A stretch of 64,000 bases of DNA, taken from NCBI GenBank assembly GCA_965223665.1, contig OZ245011.1, positions 960,001-1,024,000 on the forward strand. Direction: 5' to 3'. Position numbers and translations under genes: made by a program. How positions within the stretch are numbered: the first letter of the stretch is position 1; the number at the start of each line of letters is the position of its first letter. Under the pieces are notes generated by a model. It had not been told where the DNA came from and ran no database searches. It saw nothing but the letters and a program-made list of their open reading frames with translations. Positions 43,774-52,543 of this stretch are shown here, piece by piece. Source of the stretch: Nitrospinaceae bacterium (GTDB lineage Bacteria > Nitrospinota > Nitrospinia > Nitrospinales > Nitrospinaceae).

Positions 43774-45909
43774 GAATTCAGGTACAAAAGAAAGCTTTTT
43801 CCATTTATTAAAATAATAATTTATTTCCCCTCCTTTGGTGGGATAAATTTTGAAATACTTTTCATTTCCTTCCTCGTCTCTTTCTACAATAACAATTTTT
43901 TTATCTAATAATTTTGTAGCTTTTCCTACATACAAAAATGTATATGGCTGATCCTTTGCAATTAAGCGATGTAATTCCCGAGTCATTTCAATTTGTTTCA
44001 ACCGGTCATATTCTTGCCTTATGGAAATGATTAATTTATCCGCTTCAGGATTTTCATATCCAACAAAGTTCAATTGATTAGGATTGGTTTGCGAAGAATG
44101 CCATAATTGATACATATCAGGATCCGGACCAGTGGCCCATCCTAAAATAAGGGCATCGAATTTAAGAGCATTTACAAAATCTTTTAGAAATACTGCCCAT
44201 TCAAATAATTGAGTATTGCATTTGATTCCAATTCCTCGCCAATTATTTTGAACTATGGTCATAATATCTTTGCGAATTGAATTCCCACTATTGGTAATTA
44301 GGTTAAATTCAAATATCTTCCCATCTTTTTCTAACCAGCCTTTCTTATTTTTCTTCCATCCTTCTTTATTAAGTAACTTTAGAGCCGCCTCAGGATTATA
44401 AGGAAGGGGCTTGACCTCATGGTCGTACCAGTCCAACACCTTAGCAAATGGACCTGTCACCCGTTCTCCCTCATTGTATAAAACATGTTGAATGATCTGA
44501 TTCACATTCACAGCCATCCCCAATGCTTTTCGAACTTCCCTTGACTTAAACAGCGGATTCCTTAAGTTATAACCGATATATGAATAACTAAACCCTACAG
44601 TAGAAAAACTTTGGTATTTGGGTTCTTTTCTAAGCCTGGCTACCTGATGAGGTTGTACATCATAATCATCTGAGCCTCCTGAATAAAACTCCATCTCTCG
44701 AGTTAAGGCATCAGGAATGATCCTCATAACATACTCAGAATATTCTGGTGGACTTTCCCAATAATCTTCATTTCTTTTAAGGTTAATAGAAACATCCCCA
44801 ACCCATTCCTGAAAAATAAAAGGGCCCGTTCCAATTGGGTTTCTATTAAAATTACTATCACGTATGGACAAGTTTTCTATTTTCTCAGATGAAAGATTAT
44901 TGAGAGAAGCCTCTTTCAATAGTTGTTTTTCATTCAATAAATGTTCTGGGAGTATTCCCATGGTCCAAACATTAATAGCTGGAGAAAAGAGGCGCTTATA
45001 AACAATCTTCAGCTTGTGTAGACCAATTATCTTCACATATTTGATAGGTTCAAAATCAGAAGTTCGAGGAGAAGCATTTTTTGGATTCATAATTGCTTCA
45101 TATGTAAAAAGAACATCTCCAGAATCAAATTCATGACCATCATGAAACTTAATACCTTTTCTTAAATAAAAAACAATAATTGGATTGTGCTCAATTACCG
45201 GAAGAATATTTGAATAGTGGTTAACAAGACTATTAATTTTCCCTGGGTTTTCGGCTTTAATAAAATTTGCATATGGAAAACTTTCAAAGTATTTTTTTCC
45301 CAATAGTTTTTGGATAGGAAGAAAAAAGTTTGGATCTACTTTTTTGAGCTTAAATTTTAATCGGATAGGACTTGTTAATTGATATTTTATTTCCTCCATT
45401 ACCACACGGCCATTTTGTTTAACCGGATTTCTCTCTTCATCTAGTTTTGCTGAATTAATAGAACTCTGAACATTCTTTGCTGATATCACCTTGGCGGATT
45501 GAATGTTTTCTATCCATTCTTTTTCATGGGATAAGTTCTCATTAAAAAAATCCACCCAATCTTTTGGTGAATTCAATACCCTACCATTTATGGAATAATT
45601 TGGTAATAATGTTAAATAGGCTTCTTCATATATTTTCCATTTCCTGGCTAAGCGACCGCGGAGAGCCAATTGATCGTCATAATCCAATAATCCTTCAAAC
45701 ACTAAGTTGTTGATTGTACTGCTTGAAGTATCAGCTGCTAAAATTGGGTTAAGTATTTGAGCATCTCCACCGGAGGATTCTATAAACTTAATTAGTCGCC
45801 CTGGGTTGCCTTTACCCTGGTTATCATAAGTAGGCACCCAAAAAAACGATTGAAGTAAAACAACAATAATTAAAACAGGCAATAATATTAAAATTCGTTT
45901 TGTCCACAT
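43762..45909 (-). CDS. ABC transporter substrate-binding protein, family 5 (peptide/nickel), with large insertion
   Basis: LNPIL, 'LRKGIKFHDG...DVLFTY', PIGTGPF, VRKAL, 'YQLWHSSQ...NFVGY'. Confidence 0.87.
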   Translation of the reverse strand: MWTKRILILLPVLIIVVLLQSFFWVPTYDNQGKGNPGRLIKFIESSGGDAQILNPILAADTSSSTINNLVFEGLLDYDDQLALRGRLARKWKIYEEAYLTLLPNYSINGRVLNSPKDWVDFFNENLSHEKEWIENIQSAKVISAKNVQSSINSAKLDEERNPVKQNGRVVMEEIKYQLTSPIRLKFKLKKVDPNFFLPIQKLLGKKYFESFPYANFIKAENPGKINSLVNHYSNILPVIEHNPIIVFYLRKGIKFHDGHEFDSGDVLFTYEAIMNPKNASPRTSDFEPIKYVKIIGLHKLKIVYKRLFSPAINVWTMGILPEHLLNEKQLLKEASLNNLSSEKIENLSIRDSNFNRNPIGTGPFIFQEWVGDVSINLKRNEDYWESPPEYSEYVMRIIPDALTREMEFYSGGSDDYDVQPHQVARLRKEPKYQSFSTVGFSYSYIGYNLRNPLFKSREVRKALGMAVNVNQIIQHVLYNEGERVTGPFAKVLDWYDHEVKPLPYNPEAALKLLNKEGWKKNKKGWLEKDGKIFEFNLITNSGNSIRKDIMTIVQNNWRGIGIKCNTQLFEWAVFLKDFVNALKFDALILGWATGPDPDMYQLWHSSQTNPNQLNFVGYENPEADKLIISIRQEYDRLKQIEMTRELHRLIAKDQPYTFLYVGKATKLLDKKIVIVERDEEGNEKYFKIYPTKGGEINYYFNKWKKLSFVPEFSPN

Positions 45910-46085
45910 GGATTCAATAGTATCAAATTCAAAGATTTCTAAAAACTCTTGATTCCTGAGAAATTAGATGCTATTCCTAATTAACCAAGGCTTAAAGGAG
46001 AATTTCCCTTTCCAGGCAAATTACTTGACAAAGCTTTAGAAACGTTATATTACAACAGCCTTTAAGTTAAGACATATTGTATTAT

Positions 46086-46162
<77 letters not shown>

Positions 46163-46200
46163 ATACAGAAAATCTCAGACATTCAGCCTGCAAATTGGCT

Positions 46201-46229
46201 TTGAAAATTTAAATTTCTTTTTCTATAAT
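46201..46229 (+). promoter_or_regulatory. Sigma70 promoter for ferredoxin gene
   Basis: TTGAAA-N17-TATAAT. Confidence 0.6.
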
Positions 46230-46400
46230 GCGGACCGGTTTTTTGGTTTCTGGTTTTCGATTGATTTAATTTATGTGCCTCGTTACCTGAGGCCGATAGG
46301 CTTAAAACTAATTCATTCCCAAAAAGTCAATTCTACAAATTGAATTTAATAATAGTTGTATAGTAATTTTTTATTAAAACTTTATGTAAGGAAAAGAATA

Positions 46401-46739
46401 ATGGCAACAATTATCACAGATGAATGCATCAATTGCGGAGTATGTGAACCTGAGTGCCCCAATGCAGCCATCGATGATGGTACAAAGGGCGGTATTGATT
46501 TTTACTACATTGACCCTGATCTCTGTACTGAATGTGTTGGGTTCCATGGGGAAGAAGCATGTCAGGAAGTTTGTCCGGTTGACTGTTGTATCCCTGATGA
46601 GGATCGAAAAGAAACGGAAGAAGAGTTGTTAGAAAAAGCTAAAGGAATTCATCCAGATCAAACCTTTCCTACTGTGGACGAATTAACGGCTGAAACTTCC
46701 TTATTCAGAAATCCAGATAGAAAAAACGCAAATCTTTAA
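46401..46739 (+). CDS. 2[4Fe-4S] ferredoxin (YfhL/Alvin-like)
   Basis: CINCGVCEPECP and CTECVG(x6)CQEVCPVDCC; start at ATG 46401 (MATIITDEC) after AAGGA. Confidence 0.9.
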   Translation: MATIITDECINCGVCEPECPNAAIDDGTKGGIDFYYIDPDLCTECVGFHGEEACQEVCPVDCCIPDEDRKETEEELLEKAKGIHPDQTFPTVDELTAETSLFRNPDRKNANL

Positions 46740-46754
46740 TTATTATTTTCTGAT

Positions 46755-46792
46755 CGGCCTGGAGAACAATAGTTCTCCAGGCCGTTTTTTTT
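46755..46792 (+). terminator. Rho-independent terminator
   Basis: CGGCCTGGAGAAC/GTTCTCCAGGCCG followed by T8. Confidence 0.9.
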
Positions 46793-46804
46793 GAAGTCAT
46801 ATTT

Positions 46805-47011
46805 ATGAAAGAATTATTTTTCAAAATTAGTGGAAATATCTGGAATGAAGAAACCAACTTTAAAGATGAATTTCAAATTTTCGTAAAGGGAATTGATAAC
46901 AATCATGCAGTAATGATCGCCAAAGACTATTTGAGAAAAAATGCTCCTTCAGCAGATGGGAAACTTTCTGGGAAAATCATTATTGAAAAAGTAGAAGAAA
47001 GAGGAATCTAA
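46805..47011 (+). CDS. Small hypothetical protein
   Basis: 68-aa ORF with protein-like composition in an intergenic gap. Confidence 0.5.
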   Translation: MKELFFKISGNIWNEETNFKDEFQIFVKGIDNNHAVMIAKDYLRKNAPSADGKLSGKIIIEKVEERGI

Positions 47012-47023
47012 ATATTTTTTGCC

Positions 47024-47281
47024 CTATAACTCTTCCAAATCCAAAAATAATATATGCTGAATTCCCTTCCAAACAAACCTCAAAAGATCTTCCAATACAA
47101 CTAGAGAAACCAATCCTAAAATTATCATTAGAAAAATTCCAATAATTTTTCGATCAGGCCGGTTTTTATCAAGAAAACTCCAAGGTAAGATTCCAAAAAC
47201 CATATCCAATGAAACCCAAATCATGACTCCAAAAATTAATATGGAAAAAATCCATGGGCTCAATTGCGAAATATCTGACAC
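47024..47281 (-). CDS. Small two-TM membrane protein
   Basis: Two hydrophobic segments; follows the hspQ-like gene. Confidence 0.5.
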   Translation of the reverse strand: MSDISQLSPWIFSILIFGVMIWVSLDMVFGILPWSFLDKNRPDRKIIGIFLMIILGLVSLVVLEDLLRFVWKGIQHILFLDLEEL

Positions 47282-47299
47282 AAATGGTTTCCGAAAAAA

Positions 47300-47542
47300 C
47301 TAGTTCCAAATAGCTGTGTTTAGTTCCAGATTACACTCAGCTACATAACGAAGGCCTTTTTGACCATGAATTTGAACATGATACCAAGGTTTATCTTTTG
47401 GAGGACGGCTATTAGCCATTTTTTGATACCACTCTTCACTCATTTTGAATTTTGGATCTACTCCCAAAACAACACCATAATAATCAAATTGTTTATGGTG
47501 TATGCATTGACCAATACAAAATTTTGATTTAAATTTTTTCAT
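47300..47542 (-). CDS. hspQ: HspQ/YccV-like hemimethylated-DNA-binding domain protein (short)
   Basis: KFCIGQ.IHH..F.Y.GVV..VDP ... PWYHV ... YVAE.NL. Confidence 0.78.
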   Translation of the reverse strand: MKKFKSKFCIGQCIHHKQFDYYGVVLGVDPKFKMSEEWYQKMANSRPPKDKPWYHVQIHGQKGLRYVAECNLELNTAIWN

Positions 47543-47608
47543 TTATAAAATATTTAAAAGTTTCAAATAAAATAAGTGTTTTAATTTTTCAATTCAGACA
47601 GATCGTAT

Positions 47609-48448
47609 TTATTCCATAAAAATGCTAACTGCGTCGTCTACATTTTGAACCACTTTTTCCTTTATTTCATCTAAAGCTTTGTCCGAAAGGTTTACAATTT
47701 CCAAAACTTTCGAATCAATAACAGGAGGAATAACTTCACCATTATTTCCTATTTCTAATTCATGTGCAATAGAATCGGCGTAATTCAAAATACAGGCCTC
47801 AAGTATACAATCCTTAGCCATAAGAGGATAAGGATGATTCCTGACAACTTCGACTAGACCTACGGGCAATTTCCAACCCGCTAACAAAGTTCCACCTACC
47901 TCAGCATGGTCAAACCCCAAAACATCCTTCTCAACCACATGTAGTGGTGCTTTTTCATCTCTTACTCTTTCCAAAATTCCTTTTGAATTTTCAGGAAATT
48001 TCTGGAGCAAAACTAAACTTCCAATATCCTGAAGCATTCCTGCGACATAAATTCTCTCTAAATGACGATCGCCTCTATACTCGGAAATTAATTTTGCCGT
48101 AATTCCAACGCCAATACAATGCAACCAATAGGATTCCATATTCATCAAATCCCGGGGAACACCTTTAAATTTACTTGTTACAACCATTGCTAAGGTTAAG
48201 TCCATTAACTGATTCATTCCTACAATATTCAGGGCGTGACTCAGCGTGTCAATTCTGGATGGATAACCATAAAAAGGACTGTTCACAATTTTCAATAAAC
48301 GCGCAGACAAAGAGGTGTCTGAGCTAATAATTTTTGCAAAATCCTCAAAAGAACTTTCAGGATCGTCCATTTTATCCTGGAGTTGATAATATAAAATAGG
48401 TGGAGAGCCAACCCAGGTCCCCACCACATCACTTAGTTGAAGGGCCAT
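47609..48448 (-). CDS. HDOD-domain protein
   Basis: 'D..LSARLLKIVNSPFYG', 'W.H', 'GMLQDIG', 'GFDHAEVG..L...WKLP'. Confidence 0.88.
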   Translation of the reverse strand: MALQLSDVVGTWVGSPPILYYQLQDKMDDPESSFEDFAKIISSDTSLSARLLKIVNSPFYGYPSRIDTLSHALNIVGMNQLMDLTLAMVVTSKFKGVPRDLMNMESYWLHCIGVGITAKLISEYRGDRHLERIYVAGMLQDIGSLVLLQKFPENSKGILERVRDEKAPLHVVEKDVLGFDHAEVGGTLLAGWKLPVGLVEVVRNHPYPLMAKDCILEACILNYADSIAHELEIGNNGEVIPPVIDSKVLEIVNLSDKALDEIKEKVVQNVDDAVSIFME

Positions 48449-48593
48449 TTTTTTCTTGCCAATTGATGAAAAATTAATAAGCTACGCTTTTAAATTCAAG
48501 TTCTTACTACTATTATAAGATCATTTTCAAATAATCCGAGTTAATTATTTTTAATATTAGAGATTTTTACTTGTAAAACTGTGAAAGGTTGGC

Positions 48594-48800
48594 ATGGACA
48601 AATTAGAGCTGGTTCAACGAGTATTGAGGTTTAGTACACGTATTCGGGAATGGTGCGAAAATAAACATTCAATCTACTTTGATGATTTTGACAATGAAAA
48701 TGTAAATGACTATGAAGAAAATGGATTAGGGCCACTCGCCGATGCAATAATTGAAGAAGGTTTAGAAGAGAATATTATAGACAATGAGGACTTATCTTAA
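48594..48800 (+). CDS. Small acidic hypothetical protein
   Basis: 68-aa ORF with AAGG RBS. Confidence 0.55.
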   Translation: MDKLELVQRVLRFSTRIREWCENKHSIYFDDFDNENVNDYEENGLGPLADAIIEEGLEENIIDNEDLS

Positions 48801-49053
48801 ATTTTTTAAAATCAAAATCATTGTTAAAAGTCATCTTAACACCCCAAAAATTCGAACTGGTGGATTTTATTTTCCCACTATAATTATATTTAGCTTTGCT
48901 TTCGGTTGGAAATCATATCCCCTGCCCCCTTATCATTTAAACTTACGTTAATTTATCCAGGAACTATGAATTATTTTTTAAAAATAGTTTTTTTCTCCTT
49001 ATACTAGAAATACGACAATATTATTTTCCATAATAAACAATTTTGAGGATTAA

Positions 49054-49452
49054 ATGGACGCTATTAAATTTTACATGGAAGAGTCCCTGGTAACTATCCC
49101 CCCTGAAAAAAGCACGTTGGAAGCGGCACAAAAAATGGCTGCATCAAAAATTGGTTCCCTGTTAGTTATGGATAATAATAAATACATTGGAATGATAACT
49201 GAAACAGATTTAACAAGAAAAATAATTGCTGGTGGTCTCAATCCAAAAGAAACACCTGTTGCCGTAATTATGTCCAGGCCCCTGGTAAGTTTAGATTGCG
49301 AAAAAACAATGCCAAATGCATTTGTTACTATGAGAAAACATAACGTAAGGCATATAACCGTCACACAGAATAAAAAAATTATTGGAATTCTTTCCATGAA
49401 GGATTTTGCCAACTATTTTAATTCAAAATTTGCTGACAAACAGCCCCATTAA
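49054..49452 (+). CDS. Stand-alone CBS-pair protein
   Basis: GMITETDL and GILSMKDF CBS motifs; GAGGA RBS. Confidence 0.88.
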   Translation: MDAIKFYMEESLVTIPPEKSTLEAAQKMAASKIGSLLVMDNNKYIGMITETDLTRKIIAGGLNPKETPVAVIMSRPLVSLDCEKTMPNAFVTMRKHNVRHITVTQNKKIIGILSMKDFANYFNSKFADKQPH

Positions 49453-49613
49453 GCTTCACCTCATCAATGTAATTCTAATCTTTGAATTTTGCACTTCAAA
49501 ACAAATCAACAAAAACCCTCCAGAGTTTGATTCGCTTTCCACTATCGCTTAACCTGTAAGTATCAAAAAAAAATAAAACCCATAGTTATAATTCAGAGCA
49601 GAAAGGAATATGA

Positions 49614-50198
49614 ATGGGTACCGCCACTCTAATAATTTTTGGAATATTGTTATTTGGTTCACTTGCCATTGTAGGCTATTTTATTACAATTTATAATGGA
49701 CTCATTTCTCTTAAAGAAAACATAAAAAAATCCTGGGCAAACATAGATGTAATCTTAAAACAAAGACATGATGAACTTCCAAAACTAGTGTCAGTTTGCG
49801 AAAGCTTTGCTGAATTTGAAAAAGGTGTTTTGGAACGATTAATGAAAGCTAGAGAAAAGTACTTCAAAGCTCGTGGGGTCGGGAAAAAGTCAGAAGCCAG
49901 CAATGAAATCAGCACTGCACTCCAAGGAATATTTGCTTTGGCCGAGAATTATCCTGATTTAAAAACAAATCAAAATTTCATGCAACTTCAAAATCGCATT
50001 TCACACCTTGAAGAAACCCTGGCAGATCGAAGAGAATTCTATAATGACAGCGTCAATAATTACAATATTAGGATCAAGCAAATTCCAGATATTTTTATAG
50101 CTAATATGTTGAGCTATAAAGACGAAGAAATGTTTAAAGTAAATGAAGAGGAACGCAAAGACGTTGATATTAATATTAAAATTCCTAAGCTAGTTTAA
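49614..50198 (+). CDS. lemA: LemA family protein
   Basis: N-terminal TM, YN.L, W.NID..L..R.D, E.YPDLK, R..YN..V..YN. Confidence 0.92.
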   Translation: MGTATLIIFGILLFGSLAIVGYFITIYNGLISLKENIKKSWANIDVILKQRHDELPKLVSVCESFAEFEKGVLERLMKAREKYFKARGVGKKSEASNEISTALQGIFALAENYPDLKTNQNFMQLQNRISHLEETLADRREFYNDSVNNYNIRIKQIPDIFIANMLSYKDEEMFKVNEEERKDVDINIKIPKLV

Positions 50199-50235
50199 GG
50201 AAAGATAAAAGAATATATAACTGGGGAGCAGACCT

Positions 50236-51204
50236 GTGCAAATTGACGGAAACAGCGTAATAATGGCTTGTATGGGAGCAGGTGCAGGTATTTATTGGTT
50301 CTTTAACGGATTTAAGGAATTAAAATCCAAACGAATAATTCAAAACATTCCTACTTCAAAAATAAATACAGGGGCAGTAGGAACCAATGTTGAAATTAAG
50401 GGACGAATCATTTCTGAAGCTGGCAAGCTTAAAACCGCCCCTATAAGTGGGATCCCTTGTGTTATCTATTCTCTGGAAATTCAAAAATTAAAAAGAAATA
50501 AAAATTCTTCGTCCTGGATTAAGATCGATCAATTCTATTCTGATAAGGCTTTCTATGTTGATGACAAGAGTGGTGCCACTGCCTTAGTATATTTGGATGG
50601 CGCAAAGATTTCTAGAAAAGGTGAATTGAAAAAGTATAGAATTCATTCACGACAATTTTCAACCATGCCCTCCCGATTAAAAGAATCGTTAAATAATAAT
50701 ATTAAAAAATTGAAAAAGTTTAAATATTTCAACGATCCCTCCTGGTACCACTATGGAGAGTATCGTTTTCGTGAGTGGTGTTTTAAAGCTGGAGAAGAGT
50801 TATATGTCCTAGGGCATGCACAATCAGGATTAAAACAATTAAAACGAAAAAAAATAAAATTCAATACATTTTTAAGAGCAAAAAAATTGATAGAGAAAAA
50901 CCCGGAGCTTCAATCCAAATATGATACGAATAAGGATGGCTCTTTAGATCCTATCGAGTTGGAGCATGGAGCTAAAATACTAGCCAAAGATTTGTCGGAA
51001 AAATACAGTCCAAAAAAATTAGAAGAACTTCTTCCTAAAACCAAATTAATTTTTAAACGTTTAAAAGGACAGCCTTTTCACATAAGTAATATGCGGGAAG
51101 AGGAATTGGTAAAACAGTTAACTTTTATTTCTACATTAAAAATATGGGGTGGTCCAGCGTTGGCAATTGCATGTTCCATTTATCTTTTTTTCACCTTTTC
51201 CTGA
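50236..51204 (+). CDS. GIDE-like (LemA-associated) membrane protein with EF-hand-like loop
   Basis: TM at both ends; 'IQNIPTSKI...G..VEIKG', 'APISG.PC', 'FYVDD.SG', 'YRFRE...GEELYVLG'; DTNKDGSLDPIE. Confidence 0.65.
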   Translation: MQIDGNSVIMACMGAGAGIYWFFNGFKELKSKRIIQNIPTSKINTGAVGTNVEIKGRIISEAGKLKTAPISGIPCVIYSLEIQKLKRNKNSSSWIKIDQFYSDKAFYVDDKSGATALVYLDGAKISRKGELKKYRIHSRQFSTMPSRLKESLNNNIKKLKKFKYFNDPSWYHYGEYRFREWCFKAGEELYVLGHAQSGLKQLKRKKIKFNTFLRAKKLIEKNPELQSKYDTNKDGSLDPIELEHGAKILAKDLSEKYSPKKLEELLPKTKLIFKRLKGQPFHISNMREEELVKQLTFISTLKIWGGPALAIACSIYLFFTFS

Positions 51205-51222
51205 ATATTTTTTACCGGTCAT

Positions 51223-51990
51223 TTACACTAACTCCCCCTTTTGCCTCAATCTATAAAACATAAAAACGGAAAAACAAAGAACAAATATTCCTATGAATTG
51301 CGACGTAGAAAGTAGCTCAGGAACAGCAAAACCACGATCATCCCCCCTATAAAACTCTATAATAAATCTACCTATAGAATATAAAATGCCATAAGTCCAA
51401 AATATTTGACCATCAAAACTTTTTCTTTTCCTCAGCCAAATTAAAATACCGAAAATTATCAAGGCATTTAAAGATAAATATATCTGAGTAGGATGAAGCG
51501 CAACATTTAATGGAGCCAATGATTTTGGATCCGTAAAAGTGATTCCCCATGGCAAATCAGTCCGCACCCCATAACAACAACCGGCAAAATAACACCCCCA
51601 TCGACCTATGGCCTGGCCAATTGCTAATGAAGGAGCAAATATATCTCCAACTTTCCAAACAGGGAGTTTATGTTTGACGACAAAATAAAAAGCTACTCCA
51701 AAAGCACCAATTAGCCCCCCGTAAAAGACCAACCCACCTTTCCAAAACTTCAAAATTTCTACCGGGTTTTCAGAAAAATATCGATATTCAACAATGATGT
51801 ATAAAATGCGACCCCCCAGCAAAGCCGCAATCAAAATGTAGAAGCTGAGGTCAAGTATTTTTTGTGGGTCCAACCCTTCTTCTTTTCCCTGACGTCCGGC
51901 CAAATAAATTCCCACAAAAAATCCGGTGGCGACAAGTAACCCATAAGTGAAAATTTTAACAAAACCAAATTCCAATAGAATGGGATGCAT
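51223..51990 (-). CDS. lgt: Prolipoprotein diacylglyceryl transferase
   Basis: GGRI.Y, GGLVFYGG, GRWGC..AGCCYG, HPTQ.Y, RF.IEF.R. Confidence 0.95.
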   Translation of the reverse strand: MHPILLEFGFVKIFTYGLLVATGFFVGIYLAGRQGKEEGLDPQKILDLSFYILIAALLGGRILYIIVEYRYFSENPVEILKFWKGGLVFYGGLIGAFGVAFYFVVKHKLPVWKVGDIFAPSLAIGQAIGRWGCYFAGCCYGVRTDLPWGITFTDPKSLAPLNVALHPTQIYLSLNALIIFGILIWLRKRKSFDGQIFWTYGILYSIGRFIIEFYRGDDRGFAVPELLSTSQFIGIFVLCFSVFMFYRLRQKGELV

Positions 51991-52009
51991 AATATTCAGA
52001 GAAAAGAAG

Positions 52010-52537
52010 TTATTCTATATTTGGAGGAGAATCCAAATTTTTTTGAGCGGATTTACTCGATTTTCTTTCATGTTTAAACAAGTCTATAAACATAAAAGCT
52101 ACACCAATTGATATGCAGGAGTCTGCAATATTAAAAGCCGGCCATTGAAAGTCTTTGTAAAAAAATTGAATCCAATCCACTACTTCCTTATAAACAATTC
52201 TATCAATGAGATTACCAATAGCTCCACTAAAAATCAAAATCAAACCCCAATGCACTAACTTTCGGTGGCGTGGTGCTTGGTGAAAAAATAACATTATCGC
52301 CGCAATAGCTACCATTGAAACCCCCACAAATACCCAACTTTTCATATCGGAGTCATAATCCGCAAAAATACCAAATGCTACTCCAGGGTTTCGAATATGT
52401 GTTAAAGCAAAAAAATTATTTACTACAATAATTGCATGGTTGAATGGAATATGGTTTGTAACAAGGAATTTTGTAAATTGATCTAAAAAGATCAAAATAT
52501 TGGAAACAAAAAAGAGAACAAAGTATTTATTTTTCAA
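52010..52537 (-). CDS. lspA: Lipoprotein signal peptidase II
   Basis: DQ.TK, N.G.AFG, GAIGNLIDR, V.D, FNIADS. Confidence 0.95.
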   Translation of the reverse strand: MKNKYFVLFFVSNILIFLDQFTKFLVTNHIPFNHAIIVVNNFFALTHIRNPGVAFGIFADYDSDMKSWVFVGVSMVAIAAIMLFFHQAPRHRKLVHWGLILIFSGAIGNLIDRIVYKEVVDWIQFFYKDFQWPAFNIADSCISIGVAFMFIDLFKHERKSSKSAQKNLDSPPNIE

Positions 52538-52543
52538 AGAAAT

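Noticed and set aside
46356-46400. Extended N-terminus of the ferredoxin from the ORF track
   Set aside because: The ATG at 46401 has an RBS and gives the family-typical start.
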